A program made the position numbers and the translations under genes. From Camelus ferus (lineage: Eukaryota), in the NCBI RefSeq assembly GCF_009834535.1, contig NC_045697.1, positions 32,118,001 through 32,182,000 on the forward strand: a stretch of DNA of 64,000 nucleotides, in the 5' to 3' direction. This document shows positions 12,560-24,445 of the stretch, piece after piece. The notes beneath the pieces are model-generated. The model saw only the letters and a program-made list of their open reading frames with translations, did no database searches and was not told the origin of the DNA. Each line of letters opens with the position of its first letter. Position 1 is the stretch's first letter.

Positions 12560-14840
12560 AAGTAAAGCAAAAATTATCAAGGAAACAACCACTTCCTCAC
12601 CGACAAAAAAAGAAGAAAGTCAGCCACGAAAGAGACTGAAGTGATTTAATCTGACATGAGGTATCCTTCAACTATATATAATCACCACACTTGTCCAAGA
12701 AATATAGAGGTGCAAGCAGGATTTATTTTACAAAGCTACTAAAAAAAATAAAATAAAAATGGGGACTAAATATTTCTGCTAGTAAGCACCCTCCCCCTCC
12801 AGGAAAAAACACAAAGTAATACAATAAAACTGTAACACGACAAACCACACTGAACCAAACAGCATTAATAAAGTAACTGGAGATAAGAAACTAAAACACC
12901 TTGAATCATAAATTCAAAAATTAAAGTATGTATATAAAAACATGAAGAAATGAAATGAGAAATGATTGAACTCGAGACGGAAGTGGAAGAAAAGACAAAA
13001 TGATATCAAACATGATGACAAAATTACAAGATTCCCCAAAGGAGAATAAATTCAAAGAAAATTTAATAAAAGCTATTGAACAGAAGGAGGCAAACAATCT
13101 AAAGGACAAAAGTGAAATAACAAAAAAAGTAAAAGAGAATAAAAGAAGAAAGAGAAAAAAGCAGGAGGATATCAAAGAAAATTCAACAGATATAAAATTA
13201 TTGACCGGACAAACAACATGAAACAATTGAGCAAAACTAATATTTAAATATATAATCCAAGGAATCCTTGCAAAAATAAAAGACGAGCTCAATCTACATA
13301 TTTAAAGGGCCTACTAAGTTGCTGGGAAAATTTGCTTGCAGCAACCAACTCTGTGATATATACTATTAAAATATTTGACTTGTAGACTTCAGTCTATTAA
13401 AATATTTGACTTAAAGTCAAATAAGATGAAAATAGCCTCCATGCCTCTGTGCAATATTATCAAAGAATTTACAAGGGAAAGGGAATTAGAAAAGCAACAT
13501 TCAAAGCATGGCAACAATGGTGCAGCATTTTCAAGAAGCTCAAGGATAAAAATTGTGGACCAAGGATTTTATTCCCAACTAATCTCTCCTTCAAGCATCA
13601 AGGCTATAGAAAAACAATTTTACACATTCAAGATCTAGGAAATTTCTGTGCCCATGAGCTCTCTTGAGAAATACAGTAGAAAATAACCTTCATCCAACCA
13701 AGAGATAATTGGAGAAATGCTAGCAAAAGGACTGGTGGTAAAGAAATTACATATGTAATTTCACATCTAAGATGAAAGCAAAGGATGGAGACAAGATTGG
13801 AAGGATAATATATAAATATCATATGTTTTGACAAAGAAATATTGCAACTAAACATGGGTAGAGAAGAAGAGGGAAACAGAAAAGTTAAATAAAGATATTG
13901 ACTGTTGTATAGGTAATAGGTAGGTATCACTAAAAACTGACACTAAATATCAATAAGACATTTATCAACCCAGATAGTAAATGGTCATATAAGAAAACTT
14001 GATACAGGGCATTAAGAAGTATAAAGTGTAAAATTCCTGGAACAAAAATACAGAACTTTCTAAACAGAAAATAATTTTTAAGAAGAGAAAAGGAAACACA
14101 TCACATACAGAAAGAAGAGCAGGAAAGATAATATAGCAATTTATAATATAAAATAATATGAGAGTTCAGTTCAAAAATACCAGTCATTTCAATAAATGAG
14201 AATGGGCTTAACTTACCCAATAAAATAAAAATACCTCAATTGATCTCACAAGACAAAAACTGTATGTTGTGTACAAGAGACACACCTAAAACAAAGTGAT
14301 TCAGAGAAGCTGAAAATAAAGTGAAAGTAATGTTATACCAGCCAAAGGGAAACATTAAGAAAACTGGAGTTTCAACATCTATATAAAGCAAACCAAATCA
14401 GAATTCAAGCCAGAAAACAGTCACCCTGAAAAAGGACGCTTTTTTAATACTGAAAGCTACTATACACAATGAATGTAGATATCTGTCAGATATAACATAG
14501 CAACCACCTTGATAAAGCAGAAACTACAAGCGATTCAAGCTTTTTTTGGGGGGAAAAACTTATACTAGGAGCCTTTTGCATACTACTTTTAGTATAAAAC
14601 AAACCAAGTGGGCCCAAAATAATGAAAGATATGGATAATAATAACATAATCAATTTTATGAATGTATATTGAAATTTACATCCTAATAATAAAGGGCATA
14701 TCCTCCTCTCAAGTGCATTAAGAAACACTCACAAGGATCAATCACATGTTGGATCACAGAGAAGGCATTCTTAAGTTTCAGCAAGTAGGATTACTACAAA
14801 CAGCACTTTCTGAATACAGTACAATAAAACTAGAAATTAA
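12560..14840 (+). mobile_element. Ancient L1 (L1M) ORF1 and ORF2-endonuclease remnants
   Basis: A-rich coiled-coil-like remnant, a PRILFPTNLSFK remnant resembling the ORF1 C-terminus, and an endonuclease-like remnant (caagagacacacctaaaacaaagtgattcagagaagctgaaaataaag). Heavily disrupted. Confidence 0.65.
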
Positions 14841-16299
14841 TGGATGAATGAGTGGATGGACACGGAAAACTGTGTACACAGGGATGATTAATGCAAAATG
14901 ATAGCAAGAAAGATTGCGGACTGTGTAAAAACATTAACAAGGAAAGTGACCATCAGATGCCAATTGTTTGGCAAATGATCAAAGCAGGGTAAGAGCGGGG
15001 CCAGGTGACTTCTTAAAGTCTCTCCTCTGATGCTTTAATAAATAGGTTATTTAAATAAAATATAGTATGCAGCTAGGAGTCTATTTCCTTATACAGAATA
15101 TATTCTAATTATTAAACTTCTTTTAAAAACATAGCAGGGCAAAAATATCCAGAGCTGAACTGAGGACAGAGCAAGGAGTAATGAAGCAATATAAGATCTG
15201 ACAGATTCAAACAAAGAGCTGAGCCTACTCTTGATAACCCTGCCTGAAAGACAAAGTGCCTTAAGAGAAGGCAGTTAAGGATGATTGGCAAGCATTCTAT
15301 TTAAAGAGCGATCATATCTTATGTTCTGCAAACAGCACCACATTCAGAAAGATGGCAACAGCGTCTCTATCAAGATGAAACAGGAGAGATGGAGTAAATA
15401 CAATCATGGCTGAGAGATGTCATGTGCACTTCCTTTTGGGATTGTTAAATTATTCTACACAGAGGGGGAAAGGATCCCAAATCCAGCAGAAGGACAGTGA
15501 AGGATGGACGATGACAGCCTCAGTATTCTCCTTTCAGCAGTGTTGACTACATCCCAGTTGCAGAGGAGAATATTGTTTCCTTGAGATACACTGTTCACAT
15601 GCTTCTGTAATAATTATTACAACTCTTCACATTTATTTAATAACCTACTCACTGACAGCTCTTTGTGATGACTTGAGGTTTTGCTTAAATATCCCTAGGA
15701 AGTAGGGAATATCCTTTCTTTTTTGTCATCAGCTATCAAAAGTTTACAAGACACCAGGAAAATTTCATTAAGACTGCAAAATATGTCATACATCTTCCTC
15801 ACAGTTTCTGCTAACACGTAGTAATTGTCGAGCATGGTTGTTTTTGTTTTCAAATGAAAGAAGGGCAGAGTAGATAGAACCAAGTGGATCTCCGTCAAAG
15901 AAGCCAAGATCAGTCACTAATCCCCTCCTTCTACTCTACCTCTGTCCTGTCGCTAGGGCTGCCACATACAGCTGTACAGGTTGTTCACTGCACACAGGCA
16001 TTTTGACAAACAGGTAAGTGGAGGCTGAAATGTAAGGCACAGCTCCAACATAGGACTGCATTCCCTCAGTACATCTACCTTTTTCCAAATTCTCACAAAA
16101 TATACCCTGTGAGCTCACCACGGCCTTGCCTGTCTGCCTGTCTGTATCTCTCAGGGCATAGATAGAAATGTTGATCTAATGCTAGGCAGTGATCTACCCA
16201 GTATGAAAGAAAGGTCCCCGTGGAAAACTGCTCATGAGTACAAAACAGTCCTTTCTACTTCTTCCTGAAAAAAAAGAAAAGAAAAGAAAAGAAAACTGC

Positions 16300-16860
16300 T
16301 TTTGCATGATGGTGACATACCCAGTTAAAAACATTCAACTCCTTAGGTTCCCTTACAGCGAGGCGTGGTCAAGCGACATGATTTGTGGCCTAAGACCGAA
16401 GCTGAGGCTTTCTAGGAAAGCTTTGCTCTCTCTGATGTAAGGCCCTGCCCTTCTTTCTTCCATTCCTTTGCTTTTTTGTTTGCAAAGCAGACAGGATGCT
16501 AAGGATACCTCAGCCATTTTGTGATTAGATGACAACACGAAGAAAAAAATCCTTCCACTGAGGAGGGCCCACCACCAGGAAGGTGAAACAGCCAAGGACA
16601 GCAAGAGCACCATGAAGACAGGCTTCACTTCCTCCACGCTGCTTGTGGTGCGCAAAGAATAAACCTTTTTAAATCTAATTTTTATTGAAGTATAGTTGAT
16701 TTACAATGTTGTGTCACTCTCTGGTGTACAACATAGTGATTCAGTTATACATATTCTTTTTCATATTCTTTTTCATTATAGGTTAATACAAGATGTTGAA
16801 TATAGTTCCCTGTGCTTTTTATTAAGCCACTGTATACTGGTTACTGTCCCACACATGAAA
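16300..16860 (+). mobile_element. Old MaLR LTR (MLT1I/J-like) split by an L1 insertion
   Basis: aggaaagctttgctctctctgat, cagccattttgtga, and gaataaacc...ttttattaagccactg resuming after the L1. Confidence 0.55.
16666..16816 (-). mobile_element. Short artiodactyl-type L1 3' end
   Basis: tttttattgaagtatagttgatttacaatgttgtg..aatatagttccctgtgct. Confidence 0.85.
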
Positions 16861-18316
16861 AAGCACTCCTGACATGTCAGTCCTGCCTCTACCTTGGAAG
16901 AAATGTGTGAGAAAGCTTTCGCCAGGTTTCATGTCCAGAGGAGTTCTTGTGTATTATATGCATCTCGTTTAAAAGTTTCATTGTTAATTACTGAGGAGAA
17001 CCTAACTTACTGTTTCTACCTCATAGACAAGTATTTTAAGTAGGTTTTAGTTACACAGCACAGATATATTGCTAAAGAGGAATTATGACATTTCCCAAAG
17101 TCTTGGTACGATTCCAAGGAAAGGGGAATAGTAGTTAATATTTAGCTGAGCTCTGCTGTTTTCTCTGTTTCATATGCTCAGCATATAGAATTTTTTAACA
17201 GATCCTGGCCCATGGTCAATAAATATTGAACAATGATTACAATGACAGCAATATATCAACTGTTTTAAACAATATCCGAAAGAACAGTTCGTGATATAGG
17301 TAAAAATAGACTGAATAAATTATAGACCCTGATGTTACAGCTCCTAAAATAGAACATCCCTCAATCGCAGATGCCAAAGTTTCCTGCTCTTTAAGAACTG
17401 TAAAGTTTTACTAAAAATTTACTCATGGCTAAGTTTACTGAAAGTCTACATACTTATTTCATGAAATAAGATCTTTTGTATCACTTAAAGGGAGAGTTCC
17501 AGAGAGGAGGTATAGATGCAAGATGTTTGTGCCCGGGTGGCTTGTACTACGTGTAGGATGAGAATTAATCACTTAGCGCAAATGCTTTGTGCCTTATGTC
17601 CTCCCCAGAGTGTAAACTCCAGAGGGCAATGCTTTTCATCCTCTATAAGCTTAAATCTTAGAATAATGCCATTCACTCAAAACTAAGATTTCTCCTCTCT
17701 ATTGTTTTCCAGCCATGGAAATGTAACGGTAAGTTCAGTGTCTCTCCTGAAAGTGTTCATGGTCTTGTGGTGGAAATATATCTATTTTTTATACCGAAGT
17801 GAGGAGAATCTAGTAATTGAGGTGGGTAATTACTGTGCAGTTGAAATATATGAATAAAAACTGCTGCAAGTAAAGAAGGAAACAGAAAAACATATTACTA
17901 GTAAGATAGTTTAACACATGTCTTTCTTAAAAGAAGCAAAGGTAATCCAAGAAATAATAGAAATCTGAATAACAGATCATTCAAATAGCTTTATAGAGAG
18001 AAAAGCTTATATTACATAAATAAAGAACATACCTTTTAAAATTACTTATAAAAAATTTCAAACGTTGACCCTCTGTTGGGCCACAACGAAAATGTCAGGT
18101 GATTCCCCAAAGAATGCAAACTACATTCTTTGATGACAGTGAAATTAATCTACAAATAAAAAAGATATAAACAACCAAAATGCAACCACTTAGAAATGTT
18201 AAGAAAAAAATATTAAAATAATATTGGCACCAAGAAGAATTTAAAATCTCCCTTGCAAATTATTTAGAAAATGATTATAAAAAGAATATTAAATATCAAA
18301 ACACATGTGCTGTAGC

Positions 18317-18823
18317 TGCTAACTAAAAATTGGCACTTGCCATCTGCCTCTACAAAGATTGGATCACACTGGCACTTTCCATCTAACTCTGCTTGGAGTA
18401 AATCACGAGTCCCTGCAGCTGCTGACCTCCAACACACCCTGAAAGGAGTTCAGGGTGGAGATCAGGAATGAGGCGCTCTGTGCTCTGGGAAAACTGGCTG
18501 AACAGGCCTTCGGATAGTTAGGTATTTTCAGGAGAAGATTTTATGACCCCCAATTCATGCATCTCCTCATATCTAGAAAAGCACTAAAATCATTAATGGT
18601 GACAGCTGCTCTTTGTGACTAGCAGTAACCTCTGCCCTAATGTGTGCCTGACTGCACGTCCCCCCTGCACTGAAATCATATATAATGCTGAGTTTCCCCT
18701 GCCTCCTTGGAACAGTTTCTCAGAGCTTTCTGGGATGCTGTCTCCCAGGCTATACTCCTCATTTTGCCCCAAATAAAACTTAACCCACAGCTCTCACATT
18801 GTGTGATTTTATTTCAGTTGACA
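18317..18823 (+). mobile_element. ERV1 solo LTR, MER41-like (artiodactyl lineage)
   Basis: TG...CA termini, near-perfect 4-bp TSD tagc/tagt, TATA-like tatataa and AATAAA near the 3' end. Inserted into old L1 ORF2 fragments (about 17900-18900). Confidence 0.75.
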
Positions 18824-19167
18824 TAGTTAATATCCTACTTACAGAAAAATTCACTTCAGAAAGTTTCATTGATAAATAAGGGACAACAAAGATAAACTGG
18901 TCAAACATTTATAAGTTAGCATAAAATTGTACAGTTAAAAAACACAATTCTGTCTTTGGTTAAAATAAAGTATGGACTATGTTTATCCAACTGGGAATCA
19001 ATTAAAGCATGAATACATTTTTATCCTATAATATAAAAGGCATTTTTTTAAGTTGATGAGGAAACTGATAGAAAAAAGGAATACTTGATTAATCAAAGAA
19101 ATTTCTCTGTAAGATAGATTTAACTTTATCTTTAGTTGATATAGCAAGAGAAAAACTCCATGTGTGT

Positions 19168-19638
19168 TGTCAACTGAAATAAATGCACAGCCTAAAAGTT
19201 GAGAGTTATGTTTTATTTGGTGGGAGGACTCAAGCCAGGATGACAGCCTCTCAGATGGCTCTGAGGGACTGCTCCAAAGAGGTAGGGGAGGGGCTAAGAT
19301 ATATAGAAGCTTTACAACAAAGACCAGGTAGTTGGAACAATAAAGGACTACTTGTTATCTAAAGAAAACCAGGCACCTCAAGTTAAAGAATTTAGTGCTT
19401 TTCTATGTATGGGAGGAAGCACATATTTGGGCTCATTGAATTCATTCCTTTGACAAGCACCTAGCTATCTAGTGCCAGTATCCTGTCCTGTCTTATTCTG
19501 AGTCCCCTCAGAGTGCACCACTGTGAGTGGCTGCAGAGGCTGGGCTGCAGGCTTGTCTTCACTGGGGGGATGGCTGATGACTTGATGGCTTCAGCATTCT
19601 TTGTTTACTGATATGGTTTGCAGTATTTTTCATTCACA
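19168..19638 (-). mobile_element. Second MER41-like ERV1 solo LTR, opposite orientation
   Basis: Starts tgtcaactgaaataaa, the exact reverse complement of the previous LTR's end. It shares internal blocks (tttagtgcttttcta; tttatttgg) and ends ttcaca. Confidence 0.75.
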
Positions 19639-22402
19639 GGATGTGTGTGTGTGTGTGTGTTTAATTTCCCTCCATTCAATACAGAGACAACTCTAGCATT
19701 TTGCAAATGTTACTAACTAAACTCGTAACATTTTTAAATGGCTACCATGTATCATCATTTTCCTCTTGCAAAACAGTTAATCTATAATATTTTTAGAGAA
19801 AAGTGTTTCTGGTGCTCCAAAAAATCTATATGTAATATGGAATGTATTTATTTCTCATTTTTTTAAAAAAGGGGGAGAATAACAAAAACAAATGTAGGGG
19901 TGGAATTCAGATAATAAAAGTGAATTAATAAATTAGAAAACTGAAAAGCAAAAAAATGTATTTGTTTTAGTAATTCTAGTGGAAAGGGAAAAAGATAAAA
20001 CACTGGATATACTAGCTGGAAAACTAAATATATAAAATATGAAAGGGCCATGTGTAATAAAAATAGATGAAAAGAAACTTGAATTGCTTGTTTCAGAATT
20101 CTTCATAATAACACTATAATGATAAATTTCAAAACATGGATAAAGTAGACTATTGCCCAAATGTGTAACAAAATTGATCAAGAGAAAAGGGTTGATAGAA
20201 TTAGCAAATAAAAATACAGGATGCAGAGTTAATTTGAAAATCAAAAACCAAACAACTTTTAAAAAGGATTTAAATTCTAAAACTCTTAACAATAACTTAC
20301 AAAGCTCTCTCAAGTCTACACCTGCAAATACTATTTTCTTTATATATGTAAATATGTAAGATATATGTAAGTTATAATGCATAACAATAAAAGCTCAAGA
20401 ACTCATTATTCACATCAAGGACTAGAATATTATCAATAATGTGCTCTTTCCTCAGCTCATTCCTCTGCCTACTCTCCCCCAGCCAAGTAAGTAACCATAG
20501 TCTTGAGTTTTGTGATTATAATTCTTTTCTTTTGTTTTTTTGATGAATGAATTCTCAAGTAAAGTCATTGTTTGGTTTTGCTCATTTTTGAGGTTACAAA
20601 AGTGGCTTTTTCCTGCATAGTTTTCCAAGACTAGTGTTTTTTTCTCAATTTTATTTTATTACTATTATTATTGTCACATGTATGTGTGGGGATATGGTTT
20701 AAGCTGGGTTGGAGTTTTGCCAGATGGGAGTGATGGATGGAGAGAGACCAAGGAAGTTGAACATGCAAGCAAGGGTGTGATTATAATTACTGCCTATGGA
20801 ATTTAAAGAAGATATTGATGACACAAGAGGGATGAGGAGCATAGAAAAGATGACTTTGTCAATGATTTATAGGTCCTGGTGGGGATCAAAAGATTGTTAG
20901 AGTCAAGCAACTAATGAAAGTAAGTTAGACAGATAAGAAATGAAACTGAGAGAATGTATTTCAAATATTAATAAAGGACTAATATGAGAAGATCAAGAGA
21001 GGAAAAATGAAGATGTGAACTTTTAACTACATGCCAAAAAAGCTGTTTTTTCTTTCAGTAGAGACACATTTTCTTAAAAAGATTATAAAAGGGTATATTT
21101 CAAACCAACACTTAGTACTATGTTTAAGAGTGACATCAGGTCTATTAAAAGTAGGACTAAAACGGTTCTTTTCCTTATAATCAGTATTACTTAGCATTGT
21201 TTTAGAAGAATTATTCAAAAAGACTGAACTTTAGCTCCTGCCTGAGAATATTCCTCATCACTCCAAATTTCTGGCACGATCTTCAGTGATACTAACATTC
21301 TGCTCAGATACAATGACCTATCTCTGTACTTCACCAGACCTTTGCATCACCAGAAACTGAACACTTCCAAAATCTCAATTTCTTACACTGTATGCTCTTA
21401 ACAATTCCTTTCAGTCTGCCCACTCTCTTGCTCAAACACACTCCCTGCCACAGTAAAGACATTGACCAAATTTAAAAACAACAACAATAATACTCTGATT
21501 TTCTGGACTTAAATTTATTATATTATTCTCAACTTGTAGTTTTGTTGTTATTTTTATCACTTGTTTTACCATCAATGAACCACTTTTGGCCATTCAATCC
21601 ATTGTTACAGTAGAAACCAATGAAGCTGCAAACTTCTAAACATTTATATGCAAATGACATGAAAATAATTTCTCTAGGAATTACATTCTCTTAATCTAAT
21701 GTAAGCTGAGACGAGTGACCAACATAACTTAAATATATGCACAGAACTTGAGAACATTAATTTTTATTAAGAATATAATATGATTTCTATGAAATTATAA
21801 TCAATCTTAAGAGTTCAAATTTATAATATGTTTGAAAACAAATTAATTACATTTGTTTTTTTTCTGCAAACGCTGACCTGCCCATGGAATCACCAGCGGT
21901 CCAAAGAACACTCACTATGTAACACTCCTACAATTTTATTGACATGGAAATACATCATTCCACAATACATCATTTTCTTTAAAAAAATAGATTATAAAGT
22001 AGAATGTTTATGTGAGTATGCTGATGTGAAATGATATAATTGTATAGATAATAACATGAACATGTTTATATATACAACAGGAAAGAGACATGGCTAGTTC
22101 CAGAAGAACGTTCTCCAAGTGATACACAAGGATACTTCGGAGGGATGGGATTTGGCTTTTTATTCTTTTATCTTTTCCCACTATATTGTAAACTTTTAGA
22201 GGCTGTATTCTGTCACTTTATGTCTCCAATAAATATTTATTAAAAGGATAAACTAATAAGTAAATGGCAGCACTTGAAAGCTTTAGCAATTTATTTATTG
22301 GCAAATGGGTGGTAATTCTAACCCCTGCCAAATTTCAGTGATTGTAACAGCCAGTGATGAACAGGTGGGAAAGTAAGCTACTTACTCATCCCTCGTGTCC
22401 TC

Positions 22403-22922
22403 TGTGGCAGGTTGTCTCTGAATAAGGCCAGTGTCAATGCTGTTCCCGCTCATAGCTGCACGTCACACCTGCGTCAGATAGTTGAATCTAACTTCCTTCT
22501 TCTTGAATCAGGCCAGATCCTGTCGCCCAACTAATAAAATTCGGTGGGAGTGATATTCAGGGGCTTCTGAGGTCAGGTTTCTTCCTGAACCTCAGGATGC
22601 TCATTCTTGGGACTTTCCCTCTTGGAACTCGGCACTTTTATGCCGTGAGAAGGCCCAACTACAGGAGGAGTCCACGTGTAGGGGCTCTGGTCCCGAGCTC
22701 CTAGGTGACAGACAGCATCACCTACCAACTTTGTGAATGAGCCATCTGGGACAACTAGCTTAGTCAAGACTTTAAGGCCTCCAGTCTGACCTGGGAGAGA
22801 CTTAAGTTAGGACCACCCTCCTGGGGCCCAGTCAACCCACAGAACCGTGAGAGAAAATATTTTCTTTTAAGACATTATGCTTTGGGGTGATTTTTTTTTA
22901 CAGAGCAATAGATAACTGGAAG
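22403..22922 (+). mobile_element. MaLR solo LTR (MLT1F/G/H-like)
   Basis: tgtggcag start; cccagtcaacccacagaaccgtgagag..ttttaagacattatgctttgggg..gcaatagataactggaa end. Confidence 0.75.
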
Positions 22923-23699
22923 ACACTATATTTTTGTAAATTAAAAAATTAGTATCTTTTAAGGATTCTGAAATATACTTTTACTCAAGTATTTTTCTCA
23001 GAGCCCTCAAAGTTGTCTGTTGAAATTCACCTTTTTGACTAGAACTTAATCCTTCCAACACCTGGACAAAATAGCATTTTAAACTTATTTTATACTAATG
23101 CAAGTTAGTTACAGGATTTTCGATAATGATATTTTGCAACGTTTAATTAAGAGACAGTAGGAAAAAGGAGTGTAGGCCCAAGGGTCGTTCTGGAAAGGTC
23201 CAGGCATGAAGATGCAGAAGAACACTGTGCTAACTTGTACTGGAAAGAGAGAGATCTGAAGAGATGTGATATGTGTGTTGTTGGGAAAAGAAAGAGCTCA
23301 AATTAAACTATAAATGGAATGGCCTTTTACCTCTATACACAACTTGGAAATTTCTAATGTTTTCCATTGGGTCTCAACATATAAGTAGGAGATTTTCTGC
23401 CTTCTCCCACCAATCAAGGTATCTCTCATTCATTCATTCATTCATTCAACAAGTATTTATTAAACATCTTCTCTGTCCAATTCACTAAACTTGGCAGTGG
23501 GGATACAGTGACAAACAAGACAGACAATTGAAATGGCTGGAATGTACAGATGAGGCATTTCAAAATTTGATTTTAGAGATCTTAAATCAACAGTAGGATG
23601 CTGATGCCATTTATGCAATGATTAAAGAAGGCCGGATAAGGTATTAAGGCCTGGCCAGGACAAAATACTTCAATAATATGATCACCATTCTGCAAAAAT

Positions 23700-24151
23700 G
23701 AAAAATAGAAATGCCATATTATCTATTAGAGCCACTTCTGAGAACTTATTTGAAGGAAACAAAAACATTATGTCAAAGAGGTATCTGCACCCCTATGCTT
23801 ACAGCAGCATTATTTATAATAAGCCAAGATACGGAAACAACCTAAGTGTCCATTAATGAATGAATGGATAAAGAATTTATGAGATACACACACACACACG
23901 TGAAAATTATTTAGCCATAAAAACAAGGAAATCCTGACATTTGCAATAATCATGGATGGACCTTGAGGGCATTATGCTTAGTAAAATAAGTCAGAGTGAA
24001 AGACAACTACTGTTTGATCTCATTTATATGTGGAATCTAAAAAACAAAACCAAACATAGTAAAAGAGATCAGATTTGTGGTTACCAATTATGAGATAAAT
24101 AAGTACTAAAGATGAAATGTACAACATGATAACTATAATTAACACTGCTGT

Positions 24152-24214
<63 letters not shown>

Positions 24215-24445
24215 ATTGTTGAGAGTAAATCCTAACAGTTTTCATCTTATGGAAAAAAATTTCTTTTCATTTTTTCCTTTTGTACCTATATGAGATGATG
24301 GATGTTAAGTAACTTACTGTGGTAATCATTTCATGATCTATGTAAGTGATATCATTACGCTACACATAATACAGTGCTGCATGTCAATACAGCACTCAAA
24401 GTTATACAGTGCTGCGTGTCAATTATATTGTAATAAACCTGGGGG
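23700..24445 (+). mobile_element. L1 (L1MA-like) 3' end
   Basis: atctgcacccctatg..ggaaacaacctaagtgtccatt..catggatggaccttgagggcattatg..gtcaattatattgtaataaa. Confidence 0.85.
24155..24210. repeat. (AT)28 microsatellite
   Basis: Perfect 56-bp AT run inside the L1. Confidence 0.97.

Noticed and set aside
12921..13930. Several ORFs, Lys/Glu-rich on + and Phe/Leu-rich on -
   Set aside because: Decayed L1 ORF1 region and its antisense shadow, not host genes.
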